DNA of 64,000 nt, taken from Candidatus Adlerbacteria bacterium (GTDB lineage: Bacteria > Patescibacteriota > Minisyncoccia > Phycocordibacterales > SBAW01). The position numbers and the translations under genes are program-made. Positions within the stretch are counted from its first letter, which is position 1. Each line of letters starts with the position of its first letter. The notes under the pieces are model-generated. The model ran no database searches and was not told the origin of the DNA. It saw nothing but the letters and a program-made list of their open reading frames with translations. This document shows, piece after piece, positions 27,653 to 37,313 of the stretch. The stretch is from NCBI GenBank assembly GCA_026397405.1, contig JAPLUW010000001.1, forward strand, positions 239,825 through 303,824, read 5' to 3'.

Positions 27653-29699
27653 TACATTGTTGGAGCTTTACGGCAGTTTGCTGGTTTAAGGCGTTCATTT
27701 GGCTCTGGAGTGTTGTGCGGTTTTGCTGTGCGTTGACCACGTCATTTTGTGTCGGGATTTTGCCAGAATTCCGCGTCGTGTTGTAGGTAGCCGTTACTGA
27801 ATTTACGTCTGCTGTAGAGCCTGCCGAAAGCGCCTGGCTCTGGAGTTGTTGCATAACAATAATACTATTGTTTGCTGCGGTTATGCGGTCGTTGTAGGCG
27901 TTAATTGTAACGTTCAGCGCATCAATGGTGCTCGACGCTTGTGCGGCGTTTGACTGTGCCAGGCCATATTTTGGTGATGTGCTTGCAACATTGTTCCAAC
28001 AATCAACAAGGTTGTGGAGCTGCTGTTGTGAATTTTCAATATCGCTAATGCTCCCCTGTTGTATTGATGCGTACTGTTGTATGTATGACACATCGCCTTG
28101 CATTTGTGTTAGGAGTGCCTGCCCCAGGTCTTGGGCTTGCAGTTGGTCGGGGCTGTAGAAGTTGCTGCTGTAGCCGCCTGCGCCGCTCAAGTTTGAAAGG
28201 CCCGACTGCAATGTGCGTGTAAGGAGTTGGGTAATGAGCGCACCAAGGATTTCGTCGAAGCTTTTTGCCAAGTTAAGTCCGTCGAGAGAACCATCTAAAG
28301 TTTTTGACAGAGAACTCTCGATTATCTTGCCCGGGGTTGTAGTTTTAAGGTCACAGACTCTATAGTGAGTACCTGCAGGCACTTCTATTGGTTTAACAGA
28401 TTTACCTGGTGAAGTTGCAGGTGCAGAAGTACCCACGTCTTTACAGTTGCTTTCTTCTTTAAAGTCTAAGAACCCCCCGGCTTGTAATAGGTTTGTTTGT
28501 GTTTGGCCTTTTGCCTGCGAGGTTGCCGCATTGAGGCTGACTGACGCAAACATAAATGCGCCGTAGGGGTTGTTGGTCGGCATGGTGGTAAAAGCAATCA
28601 TCCCCGCCCAGTTGCCTGAAAGGAAGTTCCCGGCCATAAAGTTGTTTATGTTTTTTATAATGCCCGTTAAGGTACAAGAGTTGGCATTACGTTGGGCGTA
28701 ACTGCTGGCTATGGCTATTTTTATCTGCAACTGGAAGGGGCTGCACAAAAACGACAATGCACTGCTTTGTATAAATGTGCCCGCTGCGTTGTCGGCAACG
28801 TTAGTAAGGAATTTGCTTGGGTCCTGTACAAACGATGGCGAGCCCTTGAAACCGGAGTTGATCCAGTTCACCACGCTGTTGGTTATTTGCTGGATAGCTA
28901 TTTTTGCAATAGTGCGGGCAATACAACCAAGAAAAGTGTTAACAGAAAATGCTCCGTTTTCGGCACCTACTCCTGCGCCTGCCGTTCCTGCAAGGGCAGT
29001 TGTTCCAGCTACTTCCGCAATCACTTGGCCAACATTTACTTCCATAACGCTAAAGGGCATAAGCGTCGCCATAGTAACTACTCCTGGAGCTTGTGCGGCA
29101 GCTGCGGTTCCGGCTGCAGTTGTAAGGCCGAGCGCTTGCATTGCAAGACTAATACCAGTCGAGGCACCGCAGACAAGTGCGCCGGCGCCAACTGCTATGG
29201 CTGCAGTGCCCGCAAGCCCAAGCCCCCCGCCACCTCCAGCCCCTTGTTGCCCATTGCCGCTGATGCCAATGTCGGGGATAACGCCCCCACCCGTTGGGTT
29301 TGAGTCGAGAATGTTGTTTATTCCTATAGGGTTAAAGACAGTGCCAGGGAAGCCACTGTTTGTAGGAGTAGCTGTTCCTGGGGCAACACCAGAAAGCCAG
29401 ATAACACCCGGCACACCGTTTACACCACCAACCACCCCACCGCCGCCGGTTGCAGTGCCAACGTTCCCAAGTTGTACGTTGGTTTGAGTTTCGGTACCTC
29501 CGTTTTGAGGAAGCGTAGTGCCTACATTGTTTGCCCCGGTAGCCCTGGTACCATTTGTACTACCTGAGTTTGCTGCCGTACCGAAGGTTCCATTTGTGGG
29601 TATTTGTGTGGGTGCCTGGCGGAAAAACCACCACCACGCAAGTAGTACGAGTGCTAGTACTGCGAGTGCGGTGAGGATGATATAAATTACTTTTCGCAT
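27642..29699 (-). CDS. Large membrane-anchored hypothetical protein, T4SS cluster
   Basis: N-terminal TM, Gly/Thr linker, Ala/Gly hydrophobic stretch, NWINSGFKGSPSFVQDP, TTPGKII, Gln-rich coiled-coil C-terminus. Confidence 0.7.
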   Translation of the reverse strand: MRKVIYIILTALAVLALVLLAWWWFFRQAPTQIPTNGTFGTAANSGSTNGTRATGANNVGTTLPQNGGTETQTNVQLGNVGTATGGGGVVGGVNGVPGVIWLSGVAPGTATPTNSGFPGTVFNPIGINNILDSNPTGGGVIPDIGISGNGQQGAGGGGGLGLAGTAAIAVGAGALVCGASTGISLAMQALGLTTAAGTAAAAQAPGVVTMATLMPFSVMEVNVGQVIAEVAGTTALAGTAGAGVGAENGAFSVNTFLGCIARTIAKIAIQQITNSVVNWINSGFKGSPSFVQDPSKFLTNVADNAAGTFIQSSALSFLCSPFQLQIKIAIASSYAQRNANSCTLTGIIKNINNFMAGNFLSGNWAGMIAFTTMPTNNPYGAFMFASVSLNAATSQAKGQTQTNLLQAGGFLDFKEESNCKDVGTSAPATSPGKSVKPIEVPAGTHYRVCDLKTTTPGKIIESSLSKTLDGSLDGLNLAKSFDEILGALITQLLTRTLQSGLSNLSGAGGYSSNFYSPDQLQAQDLGQALLTQMQGDVSYIQQYASIQQGSISDIENSQQQLHNLVDCWNNVASTSPKYGLAQSNAAQASSTIDALNVTINAYNDRITAANNSIIVMQQLQSQALSAGSTADVNSVTATYNTTRNSGKIPTQNDVVNAQQNRTTLQSQMNALNQQTAVKLQQCNAF

Positions 29700-29719
29700 G
29701 TGGTTTCTTCCCGCAGTAT

Positions 29720-30613
29720 TTATTGTGGGGTTCCAAACAAAGCCCACGACGCTCCCGGCTCGTCCTTAGTAAAAAGTATACCGTTTTTCCCAAGTGCTTG
29801 CGCGATATTTATAAACATTTTGCCACCATCTTGGGCGAATGAGTTGTATTGCTGGATACCCGAGAGGCCGCGCAGTGGGTCCGACAGCACAGTTTGCATG
29901 TCTGCATATGTTGCAATCATTTTTGCAAAGTCGTTCAACAGCCCTAAGTGAAAAGGAAGAAGTGTTTTCGGTACGTCTATAGCAAGCATGCCCTTTATAA
30001 ACACAGCATACTTTTTTTGGATGGCCGGGAACTCTTTAAATTGGATTGGGTCGTTGGTTGCGGTAACAGTGTCAATAATCGCCAGCGTTTTAAGGAATTC
30101 TCCGTTTGCATTTTTCTTAAAAACAGTCATCAACGCATTGCCATAGTCGTGCAAACTCGTGGGTGAATTGTCAGTAGCCGTAATATCAGCCTCACTATAT
30201 TGTTTTGTAGGCTGCGTCGTTCCAATTTGGGCAAGTGCGCCATTAATAAGTTCGTTTTGTGTTGGGATGTCGTCTCCGAGGCCTTGGGTTTTTGCATTGC
30301 TTAAGTTAACAAGCAAGGTACGTGAAAGGCGGTCGGTAATATTTGAGCTTTGCGCCGCTTGTAAAAGGTTGTTGACATCATTTTGGTCGGCCGGGGTTGG
30401 GAGGTTGGTTCCCGACTCTGCCTGTACCGTGTCGAGCGTCGTTTGCCAATTTGGGTCGGTAGTACCTGCATGCGGTGTCTGCGCAACTGTAATAGTGGGC
30501 GCCGGAGCATGTGTTGTAAATGCATTCGCTGCAAATACGAGCCCTACTGAAAGTAATATAGAGCCAAAAATAACGGAAAATTGCGTACTGGGGAAATATT
30601 TTGGTACCTTCAT
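29720..30613 (-). CDS. Membrane-anchored hypothetical protein
   Basis: 297-aa ORF with N-terminal TM; first gene of the minus-strand cluster. Confidence 0.7.
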   Translation of the reverse strand: MKVPKYFPSTQFSVIFGSILLSVGLVFAANAFTTHAPAPTITVAQTPHAGTTDPNWQTTLDTVQAESGTNLPTPADQNDVNNLLQAAQSSNITDRLSRTLLVNLSNAKTQGLGDDIPTQNELINGALAQIGTTQPTKQYSEADITATDNSPTSLHDYGNALMTVFKKNANGEFLKTLAIIDTVTATNDPIQFKEFPAIQKKYAVFIKGMLAIDVPKTLLPFHLGLLNDFAKMIATYADMQTVLSDPLRGLSGIQQYNSFAQDGGKMFINIAQALGKNGILFTKDEPGASWALFGTPQ

Positions 30614-30659
30614 TTACCTATAAGTATACCGTTGTTTTTGGAGTATACTTATTTTATAT

Positions 30660-31097
30660 ATGAAAGGCATAGTGCGTTTTACAGCCGGTATTGTCCTCGC
30701 CGCAACATTGCTCGCACCTTTTTCCGCTTCTGCGCAGGCTCAGGCGGGGCTTTCCTTTGGTGGGAGGATTACTTTTGTACTTCCTTGTCTTAGTTTGCTT
30801 GGTCCTTCTGTATGGACTGTTATTGTGCCTGCCCCATTTACTAAATTTCCTGCCTATGTGTGGACTGTGGCAACGCTGCGCGGAGGGCCCCCGTCTTTTA
30901 TAATGCCTGACCTTCCCCCACCTTTTCATCCTGGACAAGAAATTGCAGGCATTGCAGACATCCCTTTCTGGTGCTGTGCTCCCGGGTCAGTTCCAACTCC
31001 AGTACCATTTAGTTGCATCTCCAGTACCTTCCCATTTGTGGTATGGCCTCCACTTCCGGGGCAGCGTATGCAATGGGCAAACCAGAGCGTAATATAA
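30660..31097 (+). CDS. Secreted Pro/Cys-rich hypothetical protein
   Basis: Signal peptide ending ASA, SFGGRI motif; divergent from the T4SS cluster. Confidence 0.6.
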   Translation: MKGIVRFTAGIVLAATLLAPFSASAQAQAGLSFGGRITFVLPCLSLLGPSVWTVIVPAPFTKFPAYVWTVATLRGGPPSFIMPDLPPPFHPGQEIAGIADIPFWCCAPGSVPTPVPFSCISSTFPFVVWPPLPGQRMQWANQSVI

Positions 31098-31130
31098 GGT
31101 TAAATCTATCGATAGCGTCTCGGCACTCAT

Positions 31131-31916
31131 TTAGTGTGAAGAGAGTTCTAGCCACTTCTCTAGCGCTATATCTTCTGCGCGACTGTTTTCTGCAATACTC
31201 GCATTCTGCATAGCAGCTTCAGTTCCGTTTCCAAAAATTCCTGTAATATTTTTCTTTAGCATTTTTCGTTTTTGTGCGAAGCCGCTCTTTAGTACAGCAA
31301 AAAACTTTTTTTCATGCGCTGCGTCCTTAAAATTATTCCGCGAGATATTTGTTACTGCTAAAATTGCAGAGTCGACATCTGGCGGCGGGGAAAATGCTCC
31401 GCGTGGAACAGTCTTTATATATTTCACCTCGCCGTATACTTTGATCGAAAGTGAGAGAATACTTTCCTTTGTGCTTTTTGCAACTCGCTCGGCAACTTCT
31501 TTTTGTACTAAAAATACAAGCGTGCTTGGTTGTTTTTTTTCCTCAGACAAAAATTTTCGTAGCAGTGCGCCCGTGATGTAATACGGAATATTTGCAACAA
31601 GTTTAAAATCTTTCTTCCCTACTATTTCTCCGGCATCAATTTCTAGCGCATCACCTTCGTGTATAAAAAGTTTTTTACTTTGTATCTCGTCCGCAAACGT
31701 TTCTTCCAACACTGAAATTAAGCGGTGGTCTTTTTCAACGGCAACTACTGTCGCTCCGCGCACGAGCAGCTCTCTTGTGAGCGCGCCTTCGCCGGGCCCA
31801 ATTTCTAGCACACACTCCCCTTTTTGTATGCCAGCCGCATCCGCCATCGCACGCAAATATACGGGTGCGTTCAAAAAATGTTGCCCGAGTGATTTCTTTT
31901 TTATAATTTTCTCCAT
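31131..31916 (-). CDS. rsmA: 16S rRNA dimethyltransferase RsmA/KsgA
   Basis: KKSLGQHFL, VLEIGPGEGALT, VANIPYYIT, FSPPPDVDS. Confidence 0.97.
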   Translation of the reverse strand: MEKIIKKKSLGQHFLNAPVYLRAMADAAGIQKGECVLEIGPGEGALTRELLVRGATVVAVEKDHRLISVLEETFADEIQSKKLFIHEGDALEIDAGEIVGKKDFKLVANIPYYITGALLRKFLSEEKKQPSTLVFLVQKEVAERVAKSTKESILSLSIKVYGEVKYIKTVPRGAFSPPPDVDSAILAVTNISRNNFKDAAHEKKFFAVLKSGFAQKRKMLKKNITGIFGNGTEAAMQNASIAENSRAEDIALEKWLELSSH

Positions 31917-31919
31917 ACG

Positions 31920-33869
31920 CTAGTCCAAATATATCGTTCTTCCAATCCGCTCAGGTGTTTCCCAATTCAACAAATGGTCAGAAATGTCAGAGAGAAATTG
32001 CGAAGGAATGGTCGCGTTTTTAGAACCAAAGACTGTCCGGTACGACGCAAAGGTGAGAAATAATTTTTTTTCAGCACGCGTAATTGCTACGTACATCAAA
32101 CGGCGCTCTTCTTCTTTGTCGGAGTTTTCTTCGCCCATACGCTCATATGGGAAGAGTCCTTCTTCAAGCCCGGTGATAAACACAAACGGGAATTCAAGAC
32201 CTTTTGATGCATGTACGGTCATAAGACGCACGGCGTTTGCGTTTTCTTTCAGCTCGTCTTGGTCGCTCTGCAACGCTGCGTTTTCAAGTAGTTGGTCCAG
32301 TCCTTCGCCCGGGCCAAGTGGGTCGTAGCGTACCGCGAGCGAAACAAGTTCGCGCAAGTTCTCTAACCGTTCAGGTCCTTCTATTTTATCTTCGCGGAAC
32401 ATACGTTCGAGCCCTGACTCGACAATGACAAATTTCAAAAATTCAGACGGTATCATCTGTGTTGCTTGCAGATGTATTTTTGAAAGTAGGAGGCGTAAGT
32501 TTTTTACTTTGTCTCCTACGGCGCCGCCGAGCGCATCTTCTTGTCCGCTTAATATTTTAAGCAATGTAACTTTGCCGATGCCGCGCGGTGGCACGTTTGC
32601 AATGCGGGCCAAGTCCCCCGGTGTTCCGTGTATCGCTGCTTTTATAAACGAAAGTACGTCTTTTATTTCTTTGCGTTCATAAAATTTTGTTCCAAGCAGC
32701 TGGTAGTCGAGCCCGGAATTGAGGAGCTGTTCTTCAATAGCGCGCGACTGAAAGTTTGCCCGGTAGAGTACACAAAAATCTCTTGGCTGTTTCCCGTCAC
32801 GCACCTGCTCTTTTATTTTTCGTACGATAAAGCCAGCCTCGTCAGTTTCGTCAAACGCTTGGTACAGGCCAAGCTGCTCGCCGTCATTATTTTTTGTGTA
32901 CAGGTTTTTTTCGCGGCGGTTGGTGTTTTTTGCAATAACTTCGTTGGCCGCTGCCAAAATATTTTTGGTCGAGCGGTAGTTTTCTTCCAACAAAATAATT
33001 TTTGCCCCGGGGTACTTTTTTTCGAACGAAAGTATGTTGGCAATTTCAGCGCCACGCCACCCATAAATTGTTTGGTCGATGTCGCCCACGGCGCAAATAT
33101 TTTTCTCTGGTCCTACGAGCAGCTCGGCCATTTTTGCTTGCACCGAGTTGGTGTCTTGATATTCGTCTATATGTATATAGCGCCAGCGCTTTTGGTAGGA
33201 AAGGCGCACCGCTTCGTTGTTTTGCAGCAGGCGCATCGCTTTAACGAGTAGGTCGTCAAAGTCCACGGCGCCGTCTTTTTTAAGTGCTGCGTCGTAGGCA
33301 AGCCATACTTGTCCGACCACGCGGTCGACGGGCATCTCGGCTTTTTCTACAAACGAAGTTGCCTCGCGCCCCTGCCCTTTTTGTTTGGAAATTATTCCCA
33401 AGGCCGTACGAGGTTCGATTTCTTCGTTACCTAATGCCTTCAACGCCGCTTTTACTTCGCGCATAGAGTCGGCGCGGTCGTATATGGTTGGGGTGCGCTT
33501 GTACCCCAGCAAGACATGATTTTCTTTAATTATCTGCAGGCCAAGCGAATGGAAGGTAGAAACAAAGGGTACGCCAGAGATGTGTGGGCCGGAGCGGGAC
33601 CCGGTTGCGGAGCCGGAGATCGACGCAGAGGGTCCCGCGGAGGCTTTTAGTAATTGGGTAACCCGCTCCCGCATCTCGGCCGCCGCTTTGTTGGTAAACG
33701 TAATAGCCAGAATTTGCTCGGGGGCTACTCCTCCCCGCACAATTTCCAAAATCCGGTGGGCAATAACTCGTGTTTTGCCCGCGCCAGCACCCGCAATAAC
33801 CAAAAGCGGCCCCTCAGTCGAGAGCACCGCTTCCTTCTGCGCGTCGTTCAACCCTGCATCTGCGGTCAT
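31920..33869 (-). CDS. pcrA: UvrD/PcrA superfamily I helicase
   Basis: AGAGAGKT, ITFTNKAA, IDEYQDTN, VGDIDQTIYGWRG, NYRS, TVHASKGLEF, EERRLMYVAITRA. Confidence 0.95.
   Translation of the reverse strand: MTADAGLNDAQKEAVLSTEGPLLVIAGAGAGKTRVIAHRILEIVRGGVAPEQILAITFTNKAAAEMRERVTQLLKASAGPSASISGSATGSRSGPHISGVPFVSTFHSLGLQIIKENHVLLGYKRTPTIYDRADSMREVKAALKALGNEEIEPRTALGIISKQKGQGREATSFVEKAEMPVDRVVGQVWLAYDAALKKDGAVDFDDLLVKAMRLLQNNEAVRLSYQKRWRYIHIDEYQDTNSVQAKMAELLVGPEKNICAVGDIDQTIYGWRGAEIANILSFEKKYPGAKIILLEENYRSTKNILAAANEVIAKNTNRREKNLYTKNNDGEQLGLYQAFDETDEAGFIVRKIKEQVRDGKQPRDFCVLYRANFQSRAIEEQLLNSGLDYQLLGTKFYERKEIKDVLSFIKAAIHGTPGDLARIANVPPRGIGKVTLLKILSGQEDALGGAVGDKVKNLRLLLSKIHLQATQMIPSEFLKFVIVESGLERMFREDKIEGPERLENLRELVSLAVRYDPLGPGEGLDQLLENAALQSDQDELKENANAVRLMTVHASKGLEFPFVFITGLEEGLFPYERMGEENSDKEEERRLMYVAITRAEKKLFLTFASYRTVFGSKNATIPSQFLSDISDHLLNWETPERIGRTIYLD
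33594..33638 (-). repeat. Divergent intragenic palindromic element (pcrA)
   Basis: Perfect 9-bp arms GCGGGACCC / GGGTCCCGC enclosing GATCTCCGGCTCCGCA, similar to GATCTCCTTGCTACGCA in the polA copy; 45 bp, in frame. Confidence 0.55.
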
Positions 33870-34143
33870 CTATATAAAGTAGCGCACAATGGTATATTTA
33901 CATAATTAGATATAACTCAATGTGTATTTAATTCCGTCAATATCTCCTCCTTCATCTTATATACACCTAGAAATAAGGCTATTTTGGGGCCAAAATATAG
34001 TTGTCCACAGTTCCCCGCTCGTCAAGTTGACCACCCGGGCTCATTTACTATAGTTAAGGTACGGGGTGAAGAATATATGAAATGGCTCTGTTGAGCCGTT
34101 TTATTGCAGAAATAGCTAAGCGAGCGCTTAAAATAGGCTTATT

Positions 34144-35310
34144 TTGTTTCACAATACAGACCCTGCCCAGACGGAACGTGCGTATTCCTCAGGGCGGGCA
34201 AAAAAATCGCTGGTACTTGCTCTTGTGTTAGGAGGAGCGTCTTTTGTATTTTCTATACCACTGCTTGCATCTGCAAGTATTTTTGCGTCTTTGCTACAAA
34301 CAACCGCTGCACAGACCAGCGCAGCGGGCTCTACTTCGAACTCGCAGACCATGGTGCTTTTGGCACCAGCAGTAAACCTCGACCCCCACCCTGCTGTGGG
34401 TGGCGGCGACATTAGTTTGGTGGACGGCTCTGCACTGTTGGCACAAGAAGGTCCGTCGGGTACCGCTGCCGATATTGAAAGTAAGCCGACCAACCCGCAG
34501 GTAAGTGTCTACACTGTCCACGAAGGTGACACACTGTCGGGTATCGCAAAAATGTTCGATGTGACGGCAGGGACCATCCTTGGTGCAAACGACATCAAGG
34601 GTGGCATAGTGCACCCGGGCCAGACACTTATTATTTTGCCAATCCCTGGTATTCAACACACGGTGCTTAAAGGCGAGACACTCGCGTCGTTGGCAAAGAA
34701 ATATAATTCCGACGCAGGCGACATTGCTAAATACAATGCACTCGCACTAGGTGACTCGCTTGTTATTGGTGACACTATTCTTATCCCAGGAGGAGAAGTT
34801 TCTGCACCGGTACAAACTCCTGCTAAGACTCCTACCAAAACAAAGACGCCGACAAATTCGCACTCAAAACTTATCGCGAATATTAAAAACGGTTCAAAGA
34901 CCGAACCATACTTGGGCGGCTCGGGCCCTTCACTTGGCTCGTACTTTACCTGGCCAGTTGCGGGCGGCATCATCACGCAAGGTCTCCACGGATGGAACGG
35001 TGTCGACATTGGCGCAGCAAAAGGTACTGCAATTTATGCAGCTGCAGGAGGCACGGTGATTGTTGCACAGGCGGGCGGCGGGTGGAACGGTGGCTACGGA
35101 AGTTATGTCGTCGTACAACATGGCAACGGCACACAAACTTTGTATGCGCACATGAGCAAAGTGTTGGTTTCTGCCGGTGACAGTGTTGACCAAGGTGACA
35201 CACTCGGCAAAGTTGGTGCCACTGGCGAAGCTACCGGCCCGCACTTGCACTTCGAAGTTCGCGGTGCCGAAAACCCATTTGCCGACATGCCGCTCGGGAG
35301 CAGTAATTAA
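34144..35310 (+). CDS. LysM-repeat M23 family peptidase
   Basis: Two LysM domains (YTVHEGDTLSGIA, HTVLKGETLASLA); HGWNGVD, YAHMS, GPHLHFEV; start uncertain (TTG). Confidence 0.9.
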   Translation: MFHNTDPAQTERAYSSGRAKKSLVLALVLGGASFVFSIPLLASASIFASLLQTTAAQTSAAGSTSNSQTMVLLAPAVNLDPHPAVGGGDISLVDGSALLAQEGPSGTAADIESKPTNPQVSVYTVHEGDTLSGIAKMFDVTAGTILGANDIKGGIVHPGQTLIILPIPGIQHTVLKGETLASLAKKYNSDAGDIAKYNALALGDSLVIGDTILIPGGEVSAPVQTPAKTPTKTKTPTNSHSKLIANIKNGSKTEPYLGGSGPSLGSYFTWPVAGGIITQGLHGWNGVDIGAAKGTAIYAAAGGTVIVAQAGGGWNGGYGSYVVVQHGNGTQTLYAHMSKVLVSAGDSVDQGDTLGKVGATGEATGPHLHFEVRGAENPFADMPLGSSN

Positions 35311-36875
35311 TTTTTTCGTTGACGGTATTGGAGCGCTTCCAAAACGTGCGACTCATTGATGTCGGGAGCACCGTCCAGGTCGGCGACGGTGCGTGCAACT
35401 TTTATCACACGATGAAATGCACGTGGAGAAAGCGAAAGTCGCTGCCCTGCTTTTTCGAGTGTGGTGCGAACTTTCTCGCTGAGTGGCACGAGGTCTTCTA
35501 GTTCGCGCGGCGAAAGGTCGCTGTTTGTTTTTGTAAAATTCTTCCCCTCTTTTTCTTTTTTAAAACGTGCAAACCGCGCTTGCTGCATGGCGCGTGCATC
35601 TAAAACTTTTTTGCGTGCAACCGTAGTCTCACTTCCACGGACTGTTTTTTTACCGAGCTCGGGCAGGTCGACCGGCCCCATCACCATCCACAGGTCAATG
35701 CGGTCAGCAATGGGCCCGGAAATTTTTCTGCGGTATCGCTCGAGTGTCACGGGGCTGCAGGTGCACGCGACAGTTGGGTGGCCCCAGTTGCCGCAGGGGC
35801 ACGGGTTCATTGCCGCAACGAGTGTGAAACGCGCGGGGAAAAGTGCCGTACCTTTTGCGCGTGCAACAGCAATAACGCGGTCTTCCAAAGGTTGGCGCAG
35901 TGCTTCTATCACACGACGTTCAAATTCGGGGAACTCATCTAAAAATAAAACACCGCGGTGTGCGAGCGTTGCTTCGCCCGGCCGTGGTGTTGCACCACCT
36001 CCAACTATAGAAACATAGGAAGACGTGTGATGCGGCGCGCGGAACGGCGGCATCGTAATTAGTTCGCTCCGCAATACTCCCGCGACAGAATGTATGCCGT
36101 TTACTTCAAGCACTTCGTCAAACAACAGTGGCGGCAAAATTGACGCAAGTGCGCGTGCCAACATTGTCTTGCCAGTGCCGGGTGGGCCGCTTAAACCTAA
36201 ATTGTGTCCACCCGCGGCTGCAATTATTGCGGCGCGTTTTGCACTTTCTTGCCCGCGAATATCTTCAAATGCAAACTGAGTTTCTGCGAGCGACGGTTCG
36301 AGTTTGGTTTGCGGCGCAGCTACTAACTTCTGTGTTTCTTTTTTGGTCGCGTTTCTCTTTTCATTTAAATGGTCAATAACTTCTCCCAAACTTGTTGCTC
36401 CGTAAATTTCTATACCGCCTACAAGTGCGGCTTCCACTTCGTTTGCTTTGGGGACAAACACAGCACGCTTCCCTTTTCGTTTTGCTTCGGCAACAAGTGG
36501 CAAAATTCCGCGTACTGGTTGCAGCATGCCGTCGAGCGAAAGTTCTCCTACAAACAACAAATGCTCTGGGTCAAAACGAATGTCGTCTGCAGCAAGTAAA
36601 TATGAAAGTGCGATGGGTAGGTCAAACATCGGACCTTCCTTTTTTAAATCGGCCGGTGCGAGCGAGATGACAATTTTTTGGTTCCGACTTTTTGGCGACT
36701 CAAACCCCGAATGTTTTATCGCGGCAGCAACACGGTCGCGACTTTCTTCCACTGCTTTGTCGGGGAGGCCGACAACCGTAAAAGAATGTAACCCTCGCGA
36801 GAGGTCAGTTTCAATAGAAACAATATGTGGAGTTAGAAGAGAAGTTTGCGCACCGTACACACGAGCGTACTGCAT
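35307..36875 (-). CDS. comM: ComM/YifB Mg-chelatase-like AAA+ protein
   Basis: VGLPDKAVEESRDRV, GELSLDG, GPPGTGKT, PFRAPHHT, LFLDEFPEF, AMNPCPCG. Confidence 0.93.
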   Translation of the reverse strand: MQYARVYGAQTSLLTPHIVSIETDLSRGLHSFTVVGLPDKAVEESRDRVAAAIKHSGFESPKSRNQKIVISLAPADLKKEGPMFDLPIALSYLLAADDIRFDPEHLLFVGELSLDGMLQPVRGILPLVAEAKRKGKRAVFVPKANEVEAALVGGIEIYGATSLGEVIDHLNEKRNATKKETQKLVAAPQTKLEPSLAETQFAFEDIRGQESAKRAAIIAAAGGHNLGLSGPPGTGKTMLARALASILPPLLFDEVLEVNGIHSVAGVLRSELITMPPFRAPHHTSSYVSIVGGGATPRPGEATLAHRGVLFLDEFPEFERRVIEALRQPLEDRVIAVARAKGTALFPARFTLVAAMNPCPCGNWGHPTVACTCSPVTLERYRRKISGPIADRIDLWMVMGPVDLPELGKKTVRGSETTVARKKVLDARAMQQARFARFKKEKEGKNFTKTNSDLSPRELEDLVPLSEKVRTTLEKAGQRLSLSPRAFHRVIKVARTVADLDGAPDINESHVLEALQYRQRKN

Positions 36876-36899
36876 ACATATATTGTATAGCAGAATTTT

Positions 36900-37271
36900 T
36901 TACGACAAGTTTTTTTCTTCGTCGATATGGGTTTTGCAGGTACGTGCTGAAGGGTTTGCTTCGAGACGATCTTCTTCAATTGCTTCTCCACAAATTTCGC
37001 ACAAGCCGTAGGTACCTTCTTCTATTTTTGCTAGTGCGCGTTTGATGTCGTGCCAATGCACTTGTATCTCGGCAATTTCTGTTTGGTTTTCTTCAAACTC
37101 TTCAATGCGGTCGGCAACTTCGTCTGCTTCTGTCGCGCTTTGGTCAATATCTTTTACTGCAGCGTCCCACTCCCCTGCATCGTTCTTCCACCCCAAGTTT
37201 TTCAACTCTTCTTCAACTGTGTGCAACTGCTCGGTCAGTACTTTTTTAAAGTGTGTAGTTTCGTGTATCAT
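36900..37271 (-). CDS. DksA/TraR family zinc-finger protein
   Basis: ALAKIEEGTYGLCEICGEAIEEDRLEANPSARTC; coiled-coil acidic tip. Confidence 0.85.
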   Translation of the reverse strand: MIHETTHFKKVLTEQLHTVEEELKNLGWKNDAGEWDAAVKDIDQSATEADEVADRIEEFEENQTEIAEIQVHWHDIKRALAKIEEGTYGLCEICGEAIEEDRLEANPSARTCKTHIDEEKNLS

Positions 37272-37313
37272 GCCTGCATCATACCAGCCTAAAAAATGTA
37301 CGGCAACGCAGGG

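Noticed and set aside
33880-33910. dif-like sequence GCGCACAATGGTATATTTACATAAT
   Set aside because: Poor match to the XerD arm and close to oriC rather than the terminus; it overlaps the pcrA promoter.
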